Below, piece by piece: positions 32,800 through 42,499 of a DNA stretch of 64,000 nt (positions are counted from its first letter, which is position 1; every line of letters begins with the position of its first letter). This stretch comes from Candidatus Latescibacterota bacterium (GTDB lineage Bacteria; Krumholzibacteriota; Krumholzibacteriia; WVZY01; JAKEHA01): the NCBI GenBank assembly GCA_963707635.1, contig OY970173.1, positions 192,001 through 256,000 of the forward strand. The letters run 5' to 3'. Under the pieces are notes generated by a model. The model saw only the letters and a program-made list of their open reading frames with translations, was not told the origin of the DNA and did no database searches. Both the position numbers and the translations under genes were made by a program.

Positions 32800-32831
32800 C
32801 CAGAGCATGCAATCATCCTGAAAGCTGCCTA

Positions 32832-33590
32832 TTACCGATACAGGCTCTTGACCTCGCCCCAGGTTGCGGACTGCACCGCGAGCGGGCCGGTCAGATAATC
32901 CCCGGTGGTCGATGCGTGGATCAGTGGCACACTGGGATCCTGTTGCGGGCCGGGGTTCGAGTGCAGCTCGAAGAACACGTCGAAGAAACTGTCGAAAGCC
33001 GGCGACGGGTTGACATGCACATTTCCGGGCATCAACCCGGGCGCGCAGTCGAAGTGCATGCGCAGCTCGTGACACCCTCCACCGGGACCCACCTCGACCC
33101 GATAGAATACGTCGAAGAACGAGTCACCCACGAACACGTCGAAGAAGCTGTTGGGAACAGCCGGATGAAGCGGCACCAGGTGCGCCGGTCCCCCTCCCGG
33201 GATATCGATCTCGTAGAAGATGTCGAAGAACGAGTCGACGGGCCATTGCTGCCCCCCCGCGAGCGGGATCTCATAGAAGATGTCGAAGAACGAGTCGATC
33301 ACCGGCGTCCCCGGCGGCAGCCCGTGCAGGGGCACGACCCGGGCCGGCAGCGGGTTTCCGCCCGGTCCGCCGGCGGACATCGCTCGGAGCACCTGGTGCT
33401 CCGTCAGGTCGAGGTGGAACGACCCGCCGGTCATGTGTCCGATCCCCTGGTCAAGGGGCGGCAGCGGGGCGAACCCCACCGGGGAAATCTCGGTGAAGAC
33501 GTCGAAGAACGAATCGATCGCGGCGGCGGGACCTGCGAACACGAGCAGGGCGACGCCGAGGGTGAGTACTACGGTAGCAACACGACGCAC
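32832..33590 (-). CDS. secreted DSFFD-repeat protein with TWGxxKxLYR C-terminal tail
   Basis: AAGGAGG RBS, GTG start, signal peptide; six (D/N)SFFD(V/I)F motifs; ends ATWGEVKSLYR. Confidence 0.8.
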   Translation of the reverse strand: MRRVATVVLTLGVALLVFAGPAAAIDSFFDVFTEISPVGFAPLPPLDQGIGHMTGGSFHLDLTEHQVLRAMSAGGPGGNPLPARVVPLHGLPPGTPVIDSFFDIFYEIPLAGGQQWPVDSFFDIFYEIDIPGGGPAHLVPLHPAVPNSFFDVFVGDSFFDVFYRVEVGPGGGCHELRMHFDCAPGLMPGNVHVNPSPAFDSFFDVFFELHSNPGPQQDPSVPLIHASTTGDYLTGPLAVQSATWGEVKSLYR

Positions 33591-33728
33591 GTCGGTCCTC
33601 CTTATCCATACTGCATGAGCTGAACAATCGCCAGACTCCCGGCCGGGGGGGCGTGGCGTACGGATTTGGATGGAACTACCCCGCAAGTATACCGCACCGG
33701 GAAGGATGATTTCCAGTCGGAGGGAGAG

Positions 33729-34643
33729 TCAAGCTATCGCTCTGGCGTCCTGTGATCCGGCGGAGCGGCGATGCCGGGTCATCGTCACCTCGTTGCCAGC
33801 ATCGTTGAACGTCACATCGTCCATGAACGTTCGTAGCAGCAGCAGGCCGCGACCGCTCGCCTTGAGCAGGCAGTCCGGGTGAAGCGGATCCGGCACGCAG
33901 GAGATGTTGAACCCTTTCCCCTCGTCCCGCACCCGGTAGCTCACCACGTCCGGAGTGAGCCGCTCTGTCACGCGCACGCGCCGGTCGCGGTACGGGGCTT
34001 GAGTTGCACGCTCCTGGCGGACTCTCATGTAGAGATCCATTCCGTCTTCGCGAAGCGCAGAGTCGAGTTCGAGGTTGCCGTGATCGATGGCGTTGTTGAA
34101 GGATTCCGCGAGCGCGGTGCCAACCTGAAACAGCTCGGTGTCGTCGCAGAAGTTGACCTGTCGGAGATTGCCCTGCAGGTGGCTGATCAGCGCGTTGGGG
34201 CCGTCCATTTCGTAGCCGAGAACAAAGCTGGCCTCGCTGTGATCGAGCAATGCGCGCGTGCGGTCGCGGTAACGCCTCTCCTCCACCGCCGCCATCACCA
34301 TGCTCATCGCCGCACAGAGATTGTCGCGCAGTCTTGTCTTCGGCACATAGCTGAGTGCTCCCGCGCGCAGCGCGTTTACCGCAGTCTCTTCGGTGCCCTC
34401 GGACGTCATGAGCACGACCGGCAGGCCCGCGTACTTTCCTCTCACGAATCTGACGAGTTCGAGACCGCCCATTCCCGGCACGTGCAGGTCGGTCAGAATG
34501 GCGTCTGGCGCGTGCTCCTCGATTGCACGAACGGCCTCCAGTCCATTCCTCGCGAATACCGGAGTCATGCCATGGTCCCGCAGGCACTCGCCGGCCAGGT
34601 CGCGGGTTTCTTTGCTGTCATCGACAACGAGGATTCTCTCCAT
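33729..34643 (-). CDS. response regulator receiver fused to RsbW-like HATPase domain
   Basis: ILVVDD, TDLHVP, YVPK; NAIDHGN, DEGKGF, SGRGLLL. Confidence 0.85.
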   Translation of the reverse strand: MERILVVDDSKETRDLAGECLRDHGMTPVFARNGLEAVRAIEEHAPDAILTDLHVPGMGGLELVRFVRGKYAGLPVVLMTSEGTEETAVNALRAGALSYVPKTRLRDNLCAAMSMVMAAVEERRYRDRTRALLDHSEASFVLGYEMDGPNALISHLQGNLRQVNFCDDTELFQVGTALAESFNNAIDHGNLELDSALREDGMDLYMRVRQERATQAPYRDRRVRVTERLTPDVVSYRVRDEGKGFNISCVPDPLHPDCLLKASGRGLLLLRTFMDDVTFNDAGNEVTMTRHRRSAGSQDARAIA

Positions 34644-34679
34644 GCGCTTCGGCCTCCTGTCTCCGAATCCAGCGGGGAA

Positions 34680-35471
34680 TCATAGCACAGAACCGACCGC
34701 GAGAATCAGGCTGCAGCACGTGACTCCACCCTCGGCCTTCGCCAGCTCTGAAACGTCCACCTGGTGGAGTGACATCCCCGTCTTGTCGGCATGCGCGCGC
34801 AGGCGAGCCGCCGTGCGTGAGTACGCGGACGGGAAGATCACTCCGCCACCCACCCACAACGCGTTCGCCGCGTCCGGTTCCGAAGGGTCCACGTCGATCC
34901 AGCCGAGATCCCCGAATGCCCCGCGGTCCACTCGCGAGCTGTTTCCGAGAAGCGTGTTCTCCCCCACAACCGTGACCGCCGACTTGAGGTGCAGACAGCC
35001 ACGCACGTCTACCGCCACCACGTCGTAGCCGTGCTTCGACACCCGCATACGCAGCTGGGAGATCCCCGCGTCGTTCGTCCGGCTCGATCGTGCAACGAAG
35101 AGCCGCCGGCCCACGCGCAGCACGTCGCCGCCGTCCAACGTGCCTGGCGTGTCGATGCGCTCCACGGGGCGGTGACGCGCCAGAATCCTCTCGACTCCGT
35201 CCAACTCCCCACGGCGCGACACCGCTCCGGGCCGCGCCAACACCGCCATCTCATCGAGCACCACCGCCATGTCTTCCACGAAGACCGCGTCCGGCATGTC
35301 GTGCGCGGCCCCCGCGGACGCGATCTCACAGCCCAGCGCAGCCAGGGCAGTTTCATACGTTTCGTGTTGCTTGACGGCGCGCGCGTAGTCAATGGGCTCG
35401 CGCGAGAGGTGGGTGAGCTCGCAGTGGACGATACTCGTGCTAACGGGACGGGTGATCGCGATCCGCGTCAT
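34680..35471 (-). CDS. dimethylarginine dimethylaminohydrolase
   Basis: PDAVFVED, LDGGDV, CLHLKS, GGVTCCS. Confidence 0.9.
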   Translation of the reverse strand: MTRIAITRPVSTSIVHCELTHLSREPIDYARAVKQHETYETALAALGCEIASAGAAHDMPDAVFVEDMAVVLDEMAVLARPGAVSRRGELDGVERILARHRPVERIDTPGTLDGGDVLRVGRRLFVARSSRTNDAGISQLRMRVSKHGYDVVAVDVRGCLHLKSAVTVVGENTLLGNSSRVDRGAFGDLGWIDVDPSEPDAANALWVGGGVIFPSAYSRTAARLRAHADKTGMSLHQVDVSELAKAEGGVTCCSLILAVGSVL

Positions 35472-35714
35472 GGCGACATGCCCCGTCGGGGTTCGGCCTC
35501 CATAAATGAAAAGCACGACGATGCGGGTGGAACTAGCCGGGTCGGGCTAGAAGCCTTGCATCTTAGCTGAATCGGATGTTGGAATCAATTCAGGCGCGGC
35601 ACAATACGATTCTCGATTTTGTCCTACAATCGATGATTCCGTTGCGCTATCCTTAGGGCGCGGCCTTCCTCCCGGCTGCCGGAGAACCATTCACCTGGCA
35701 AGGGAGGATTGGCC

Positions 35715-36814
35715 ATGTTGTGTTCCATCCCGGATCGCGAGTTGATCGCGCGGCTCGAACAGCTTCGCCGCGCGGAGCGCGAAACATCCGTCGACATCCT
35801 GCACCACCTCAACGAAATCGAACGCCGGAGTCTGCACCTGCGGCTCGGGTACCCGTCGCTGTTTGCGTACTGCACCGGACACCTGCGCTACTCGGACTCC
35901 GCGGCGGCCCGCCGTGTGCAGGCGGCCCGGTGTCTCCGGCGCTTCCCCACCGTGGGTCCGCTGCTGCAGAGCGGCGAGATCAACCTGATGACCCTCGGCC
36001 TCGTCGCGAACCTCCTCACCGAAACGACTCTGGATCAGTGGCTCGATCGGATCCGCGGCAAGACCCAGCGTGAGGTCGAGGCCATCGCCGCGACGGTTCG
36101 CCCGCCCCTCACCCTGCGCGATCGCGCCCGGCTCGTGCATGTCGCCGTGCCGACCGTGTCTCCGTTGCCGTTGGCGCCCGTGTCGACCGCGTCGGCGGAC
36201 CCATCGATAGTCTATCCGCGCCGATGTTCTCATCATCTCCTCACGCCTCATCGCAGGCCGTCGTCCCGCCTGGGCCCGGCGCTCTCGTGAACTCATCTAC
36301 AAACTCCCAGACTGGCGGTAAACAATCATCCACCATCGTCGCGACACAGCTCAAGGTGTACATCCAGTTCCTCGCCGATCAATCCTTCATGGCGAAGTAC
36401 CGGACCGCGACCGCGCTCCTGTCGAACAAACTTCCCAGGCTCACCTTCGAAACCGTGTTCGTGGCGCTGATCGAAGAGTTCATCCGCCGGCACGAGCCGG
36501 TAGAACGCCACCTGCGGCGCGAGCGCGCGATGGCGCCCGGGCATCACGCCGCCGATCGCACCCCAGTTCCATTGCGGACACGCGACGCCGTGTTCGCGCG
36601 CGACCGCGGGCGCTGCACGTTTGTCGGTTCCGACGGGAAGCGCTGCGGCGAAACGATCCGTCTGCACGTCGACCACATCAAACCGGTCGCACGCGGCGGG
36701 ACCAACGATATGACGAATCTTCGGCTTCTGTGCGCGCAGCACAATCAACTCCAGGCGGAGCGGCTCCTGGGGCGCGAGGTAATGAATGACCGCCGAAGGC
36801 TGGTGCAGCGCTAG
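35715..36814 (+). pseudogene. DUF222-like N-terminal domain plus HNH endonuclease, split by a -1 frameshift before 36290
   Basis: ORF1 LHHLNEIERRSLHLRLGYPSLFAYC...AARR; ORF2 VFARDRGRCTF..C...HVDHIKPVARGG...NLRLLCAQHN; normally one protein. Confidence 0.7.
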
Positions 36815-36865
36815 CCGCGACGGCAGTGGTCGTATTTGCGGCGCCTGTTACCGTCGGTGAGGTCG

Positions 36866-38233
36866 CTACCGGTAGTTGAAAATCAACGGGAAGATCGCCA
36901 CCACGATCCACGCCCAGATTCCAAACGCGGGAAGATAGGCCGTTTGCCAGCGCACGAGGCGGTTGAACGGGGCGCGTTTGGTCAGAAACAGTGCGTAGAG
37001 CACGGCCGACCACCCGAGATTCGCGAGCAGCAGCACGTTCAGGCCGAGCGCAGCCGTCTTGTTTGGAGTCCAGCCGAACTCCGACGTGCGTTCCACCATG
37101 GCCCACAGGGCGATGGCATCGACGACCAGGGCGCAGAGCACGAGCAGCAGCCGGAGTCGGTCGAATCCTCCGGGAGGCGCGTGCGGGTCGCGGGCGGAGA
37201 TGGCGTAGAGCAGTAGACCCAGCACGAGCACAAGGAGCAGGTCGAATCCGATCAGCACTTCCCGTTGCATGTTGATCAGATTGCCCGTCCAGACCATCGC
37301 CGCGACGAAGACCAGCAGCAACACCGCAAAAAGCGGTGTGAACAGCAGCGTCAGCACCGGCGCCATGCTCTCGATGACACTCTGCTTGAACTCGACCAGC
37401 CACGCCGCGATAAGAACCCCCCCTGCCGCGCCGCACGGGATGATCCAGTGTTGGACCGCAGACTCGGCATTCAGGCCGATGGCGTTGAAGATGAACAAGG
37501 TGATTCCCACCAGAGCGCCGCCGCCGAGTGCAATCAGCACGTAGTAGATGAACCACTCGCCGGAGAACCGCACGAAGTTCATCCGCTGCTCATGGCTGCG
37601 CCAGAGACCGCCGACATACGCAAACCCGATCGTCAACCACAACGCAATCGGAAGGTGGATCGCGGACAGAATCTCGGTGTGCCCCTCCGCCACGAATGGC
37701 AAAAGGTTCATGATGAAGCCAGCGGCGATGAACGGAACGGCCAGCCGGTACCATGCGCTTCGTTGCATGCCGCGCTTCAAGGCAAAGAACGCGGCGAGGA
37801 AGGGCAGGACGAAGAGTGTGACGTTATGGACGTAGAAAGACATGTCGGCGTCGTCGGACATGTGCTTGCCAAAGAGCTCCGGGATCTTGAGCGCGACGGC
37901 AGCGGCCGCCGCCAGACCAACAGCCGCGACGGTGTCCCGATGCGCGGTTGGAGACGATGAGGCGCCATCGCCCGGCGAAACCACGAGCTGTTTCCAGAGA
38001 CGCTCGGAGTACTCGTGGGCGAACTCGCGCGATACTGAATCCTGGTCCCCCAGACGCTTGATCGCGACCAGGAACGCTTCGTCCTCGTTCAGGCCGGCCT
38101 GGCGCAGTGCTTCGACCTGGCTGCGGAGATGGTCCTCGAGCTCCTCGATGTCGACGGGGCGGATCGCCTGCCGTTTCCGAAAGTACTGCCGCCACTCTTC
38201 GATACGCTTTTCCAACACGCTCTCTGTACTCAT
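36866..38233 (-). CDS. permease-prefix-domain (HAAS-like) multi-pass membrane protein
   Basis: ELEDHLR...GLNEDEAFLVAIKRLG; about 10 TM helices; follows PadR. Confidence 0.8.
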   Translation of the reverse strand: MSTESVLEKRIEEWRQYFRKRQAIRPVDIEELEDHLRSQVEALRQAGLNEDEAFLVAIKRLGDQDSVSREFAHEYSERLWKQLVVSPGDGASSSPTAHRDTVAAVGLAAAAAVALKIPELFGKHMSDDADMSFYVHNVTLFVLPFLAAFFALKRGMQRSAWYRLAVPFIAAGFIMNLLPFVAEGHTEILSAIHLPIALWLTIGFAYVGGLWRSHEQRMNFVRFSGEWFIYYVLIALGGGALVGITLFIFNAIGLNAESAVQHWIIPCGAAGGVLIAAWLVEFKQSVIESMAPVLTLLFTPLFAVLLLVFVAAMVWTGNLINMQREVLIGFDLLLVLVLGLLLYAISARDPHAPPGGFDRLRLLLVLCALVVDAIALWAMVERTSEFGWTPNKTAALGLNVLLLANLGWSAVLYALFLTKRAPFNRLVRWQTAYLPAFGIWAWIVVAIFPLIFNYR

Positions 38234-38256
38234 CCATTCATCTCCGTGTTTGAGGA

Positions 38257-38610
38257 TCAGGCCGGTCGCCCGATCGGTTCGAGGGCCATGCGCCAGATGC
38301 CGCGCAGCGCGTTGTCGACCATCTGCCACTGACGCCGCTGTCCGGCCAGGTGGTCGACGCCGGACGTGGTCAGGCGGTAGTACTTACGCCGCCTGCCCGA
38401 CTCCGCCTGGCCCCATACCGCTTCAACGAAGCCCCGGCGCTCTAGCCGGTGCAGGAGCGGGTAAACCATGCCGTCTGTCCACCGCAGCTCCCCCCCCGAC
38501 ACCTCGCCCACCCGCTTGATGATAGCGTAACCGTAGCTCTGGCCTTCTGTTAGGATGGCAAGCACCAGCGGTGTTGCGGAGGCGGCGACGAGATCCTTGT
38601 CGATGTCCAT
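38257..38610 (-). CDS. PadR family transcriptional regulator
   Basis: SYGYAI, GMVYPLLHRLE, RRKYYRLT. Confidence 0.92.
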   Translation of the reverse strand: MDIDKDLVAASATPLVLAILTEGQSYGYAIIKRVGEVSGGELRWTDGMVYPLLHRLERRGFVEAVWGQAESGRRRKYYRLTTSGVDHLAGQRRQWQMVDNALRGIWRMALEPIGRPA

Positions 38611-38637
38611 GGTTTGAGCTCCCGATACGTGCCGCTA

Positions 38638-38662
38638 TTATACATTGTTGTGCTATGTATAA
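38638..38662. promoter_or_regulatory. putative PadR operator
   Basis: TTATACAT-N9-ATGTATAA inverted repeat 27 nt upstream of the padR start. Confidence 0.55.
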
Positions 38663-38681
38663 GCAAGAGGCATTTCTATCC

Positions 38682-38841
38682 CATCGTCGCGCTTGCCGAG
38701 CAGCTCAACTGAAGCGTGAGTTCTTTATCTGGGAAAGAATGGCTCCCTGGTGGCGCAGTACGAGGACAAGTATCGGCTCTGTTATCTCCGCGGCCCTGAG
38801 GGCATCATCGTCGCGCTGGCCGAGCAGCTCCGCTGAAGCGT
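38682..38841 (+). pseudogene. VOC/glyoxalase gene 3' remnant with a duplicated 36-bp end
   Basis: 38750..38836 reads VAQYEDKYRLCYLRGPEGIIVALAEQLR*; 38682..38717 and 38806..38841 match at 33/36. Confidence 0.65.
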
Positions 38842-38894
38842 TCGACCGTCGGTCGGGTGGAGCGCCTCGTCGTCCCGACTCAAGTGCTGAGGCG

Positions 38895-39848
38895 CTATTT
38901 GCCGGTTCGAATCGTCACGGAGGCGCGTTCGGCCGAGCCCGTGTCGACTTCGGTCACCACCACGATGCGTGACGGCTCGCCGTAGAGGTGCGGGATGAGC
39001 GTCGCCACCACTTCGTCGGCGATCGACTTCGCGAGGTTGAATGTCGGCGCGGTGACTTCCACTGTCACCGGTACCGTGGGAGCGGAGGAGTGGTTCAACC
39101 GTGTCGCCGCCTCCAGCACCACCGCTTCTGGCACGCGCCCCTGCACACTCTCCACAGATACCGAAAATGACATGCTGACGCCATCCTTGCTCTGCGTGAC
39201 GTGCGGCGGCAGCGTAAAGGCATCGCCGACGAAGCTGCGCTTGTTGCCCGCCTTGTCGGTCGCATTCAATACGTACGAATACGTGAGGTCGGAGCGCGCG
39301 GGTTTTCCGTCGATGGTCTCGCCATTCCACGCGATCTCTTTGGGCGGTTTGCCCGCGCCCTGGTAGCGAGCGACGGTCTTGCCGCGCGAATCGGCCACTT
39401 CGAGCGCCCATTTCTCGACACCGCTCACTTCGGGGCGGAAACGCGCGACGGGTCCGTCCCGGAAGGAATCGAGCCACGGCCGCGGCGCGTATGGCGAGCG
39501 CTCGTTCGCGGATCGTTCGAGCAACGGGTCGACAAAATCGAACGATTCCGCGCCGAGTGCCGTCCCCACGCTTTCCCAGTCGAGCCCGGGAGCGGTCGCC
39601 GGGTCAACTCCCAGCTTCAGCTCCGGCCGGTCGAACTGCACACGCACGCGGTCTTCGCCTTCCACGGTGATGCTGTTGAAGTTCTTGCCCTGCGCGCCGG
39701 CTTCGATGCGCATCGTGCTGTCCGGCGTCGCGGCTGTCGCCTTCTTCCGGGTATCGTTCGCAGATTTGGGTCCGGCCGCGTTCGCTCCATGCGCGAGGAG
39801 CCACACGCACGCTACACCGGACATCACGATGCGATTGCGTTTCGACAT
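38895..39848 (-). CDS. secreted protein with FlgD-like Ig domain, last gene of Exb/TonB operon
   Basis: Signal peptide; WALEVADSRGKTV..YQG.GKPP..IAWNG resembles the C-terminal domain of the PorV-like gene. Confidence 0.7.
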   Translation of the reverse strand: MSKRNRIVMSGVACVWLLAHGANAAGPKSANDTRKKATAATPDSTMRIEAGAQGKNFNSITVEGEDRVRVQFDRPELKLGVDPATAPGLDWESVGTALGAESFDFVDPLLERSANERSPYAPRPWLDSFRDGPVARFRPEVSGVEKWALEVADSRGKTVARYQGAGKPPKEIAWNGETIDGKPARSDLTYSYVLNATDKAGNKRSFVGDAFTLPPHVTQSKDGVSMSFSVSVESVQGRVPEAVVLEAATRLNHSSAPTVPVTVEVTAPTFNLAKSIADEVVATLIPHLYGEPSRIVVVTEVDTGSAERASVTIRTGK

Positions 39849-39876
39849 GGGACCCTTTCCTTTGCAAGAGCGCGCG

Positions 39877-40851
39877 CTACTGTGCGCCGCTCAGTCGGTA
39901 GTTGAACGTGATACGTCCCCATTGCTCGTTGGACGCGGGGCTCGACGGCAGCGCGACGAACTTCCACTCGAGCAGCGCCAGGACGGCGCGATCATCGAAA
40001 TCGGAAACGCCGCTGGTGCGCTCGACGAGCACGTTCTCTTTGACCCGCCCGTTGGGCAGCACGAAGAAATACAACGTCACCGAGCCCTCGATCGCGTCTC
40101 GCTTCGCCCAATCGGGATAGTCGGGAACGCGATAGCGCAGCACCTGGCGGTCGGCCACCGGACCGACCAGATTGGCCCCCGCGAGATTGCGCGCGCCCTG
40201 GCTCGGGGTTGTCGTCGTCGCCGGTTTCGGCGCTTCTTCGACGGGCGCTTCGATCAGCGCGGCCGCCATGACGGGCCTGGCCTCGGGGCGGCTTTCCAGG
40301 CGGCGCAACGCCACCGGTGCGGTGCCCGTTGCGACCGGTGCCGCGTCGCGCCGGAGCGTCGCGGCTACGGTGTTCGGCCGGTCACCCGGGCCCGGAAGGC
40401 CGGCAGGCGCGGGAATGCCGACATTCGGCGCGGGAATCAACGACGCGACGCGCGTGGTGGAATTTCCGTTGCGGTCGATCGCGTCGAGTCGTTTGTCGAG
40501 TAAATCCGTGACCGCGTGCGACGACTGTGACCCCGGCGCGTTGCTCGCGTCTTCGCGCGCGCGCTCGAAGGATTCGGGTGCTTTCGCCTCGCGTGTCGCC
40601 TTGAGCGAGACTTTTTGCACGGGCGCGCTGCTCGTCGTCTCGCTCGCCATCGGTGGCGCCGCATTCGGCTCTCCCGCCGGATCGGTCATATCGACGAACG
40701 TGATCTCCGTGAGCCCGGCCAGCTCGGTTCCGCTTGCTCGCGTGAGACCGAGCCATAGGAACACGATCAGGTGTAACACGATGCTGATGCCCATGCTCTC
40801 GCGCGTGCGCGCCTTGTCGTGCACCGATTCACGGATCGAAGCGTGCTTCAA
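39877..40851 (-). CDS. TonB family protein
   Basis: SIVLH TM anchor, Pro/Ala linker, PDYPDWAKRDAIEGSV...FDDRAV..L..WKF TonB_C. Confidence 0.85.
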   Translation of the reverse strand: MKHASIRESVHDKARTRESMGISIVLHLIVFLWLGLTRASGTELAGLTEITFVDMTDPAGEPNAAPPMASETTSSAPVQKVSLKATREAKAPESFERAREDASNAPGSQSSHAVTDLLDKRLDAIDRNGNSTTRVASLIPAPNVGIPAPAGLPGPGDRPNTVAATLRRDAAPVATGTAPVALRRLESRPEARPVMAAALIEAPVEEAPKPATTTTPSQGARNLAGANLVGPVADRQVLRYRVPDYPDWAKRDAIEGSVTLYFFVLPNGRVKENVLVERTSGVSDFDDRAVLALLEWKFVALPSSPASNEQWGRITFNYRLSGAQ

Positions 40852-41345
40852 GACTTCACTTCCTCGTTCGAGGAGCTGTCCTTGTGTGCGTCATGGATCG
40901 CTTTCCGCTCGGCGTTAGAATCCACATGCGACGACGCCTGTCCGCGCTGCTGCGTACCCACCGCGATTCGGGATGCGCCCGCGGCGCGCGCCGCGTCCAC
41001 GATCTTTCGCACCGACGCGTAGGCCACACTCTGGTCCGCGCGGATCACGACGATGGCCGCCTGGTGGTCGACGAGCCGCGCCGCGATCGCCTCCTTCAGT
41101 GCCGGCATGGTAAGATTCCTATCGTCCACCGCCAGCTCGCCGTTGGGGCCGAGCGTCACACTGATACGATCGTGGCCTTCGAGATTCCTGGTTTGCGCTT
41201 CCGGTAGCTTCACGTCCACATCCGATACTGCGATCATTGGCGCGGTGATCATGAGGATGATGACCAGCACGAGGGCCACGTCGATGATCGGCGTTACGTT
41301 GACTTTCGCGATCGGTCCTTCCGTCTGGGACTGAAGTCGTTTCAT
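40848..41345 (-). CDS. ExbD/TolR family protein
   Basis: VNVTPIIDVALVLVII, VVIRAD. Confidence 0.88.
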   Translation of the reverse strand: MKRLQSQTEGPIAKVNVTPIIDVALVLVIILMITAPMIAVSDVDVKLPEAQTRNLEGHDRISVTLGPNGELAVDDRNLTMPALKEAIAARLVDHQAAIVVIRADQSVAYASVRKIVDAARAAGASRIAVGTQQRGQASSHVDSNAERKAIHDAHKDSSSNEEVKS

Positions 41346-41358
41346 TTGACTCTCCGGT

Positions 41359-41769
41359 CTAGAGGTCGAAGACGGCGATGTCGGTGGCGCCGCTCTGCCG
41401 GGCCTGGTCGAGCACGTTGACAAAGGCCCCGTGGCTGACACCCGGCTCGCAGCCGACGAACACACCGCGGTCGACGCCGGCCTCGAGAAGCGGCATGAGC
41501 GCGCTCTTCAGCGCCGCGCGCGGCACCAGGTCTTGGTTCACGCGCACGTTATCCTCCGACTCGATGATGATCTCGATGCGTTCGCTCTTCTTCTCCACTT
41601 TCGCCTTGCGGCCGGTCTTGGCCGCGCCGCTCACGTCGATGCGCGACTCGAAGGCGAGCGGGGTGGCGAGAATCAGCATTACCACCAGCACGAGCGACAC
41701 GTCGATCAGCGGCGTCATGTTGACCTCGCAGTTCGGCTCCGCGTCGCGGTTCCAATGCGTGATATTCAT
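41359..41769 (-). CDS. ExbD/TolR family protein
   Basis: VNMTPLIDVSLVLVV. Confidence 0.85.
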   Translation of the reverse strand: MNITHWNRDAEPNCEVNMTPLIDVSLVLVVMLILATPLAFESRIDVSGAAKTGRKAKVEKKSERIEIIIESEDNVRVNQDLVPRAALKSALMPLLEAGVDRGVFVGCEPGVSHGAFVNVLDQARQSGATDIAVFDL

Positions 41770-41776
41770 GGCCTTG

Positions 41777-42481
41777 TCAGCCAATGTTGACGGTTTCGTG
41801 CGTTCGGAGCTTCCGCGGCGCCGGCTCCTCACGCATGCGACGACCCGCACGGTCGTCGGGGTCGCCACCATCGTTGAGCGCGGTACGCAATGCACGCGCT
41901 TGATTCTCCGCGATCGTCAGCATGACGTTCATGCGGCGGACGAAGTGGTTGTACGCGATGAGCGACGGCACGGCGACCACCAGGCCCACCGCCGTCGTAA
42001 TGAGCGCCTCCGCGATGCCGCCCGCGACCACGGTGGGCGCCGCTGACCCCACCAGCGCCATGTCGTGAAATGCGCGCATGATGCCCCACACGGTGCCAAG
42101 CAACCCCACCAGCGGCGCGGTGACAGCCATCGTGCCGAGGATGTTCAGGTTGCGCTCCAGGACGAGCTTCTGTTCGGAGAGTGTGACCACCAGCCGCTCG
42201 TCGAGCTCTTCGTTGCTCTCGCCCGGCGCCGCGAGCACGACCCGCATCGTCGCGGCGGCGGGGTGCCGGGAGTGCTCGCACGTCCACATGGCCTCCTTGA
42301 TGTCGCCGCGGCGCATGCGCTGCAACACCTCGCGGGCGATGTGCGCTGTGTCTCCACGGCGCGTCCAGTAGTAGTACGCGCGCTCGATGACGACGCCGCA
42401 CGTCACCACACTGAACGCGATCAGCGCAATCAGCACCGGACTTTGGGAAGTCAGTTTGATCCAGTCGAAATTCGAGTACAT
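41777..42481 (-). CDS. MotA/TolQ/ExbB proton channel protein
   Basis: TAPLVGLLGTVWGIM, GGIAEALITTAVGL. Confidence 0.92.
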   Translation of the reverse strand: MYSNFDWIKLTSQSPVLIALIAFSVVTCGVVIERAYYYWTRRGDTAHIAREVLQRMRRGDIKEAMWTCEHSRHPAAATMRVVLAAPGESNEELDERLVVTLSEQKLVLERNLNILGTMAVTAPLVGLLGTVWGIMRAFHDMALVGSAAPTVVAGGIAEALITTAVGLVVAVPSLIAYNHFVRRMNVMLTIAENQARALRTALNDGGDPDDRAGRRMREEPAPRKLRTHETVNIG

Positions 42482-42499
42482 GCGGGCTCTCCTTGTGGG

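Noticed and set aside
38682..38841. 36-bp repeat pair as a mini CRISPR array or DGR template/variable pair
   Set aside because: Only two copies, 88-nt spacer, the repeat encodes a VOC C-terminus, mismatches are not all at adenines of one strand, and no cas or reverse transcriptase gene is in the window.
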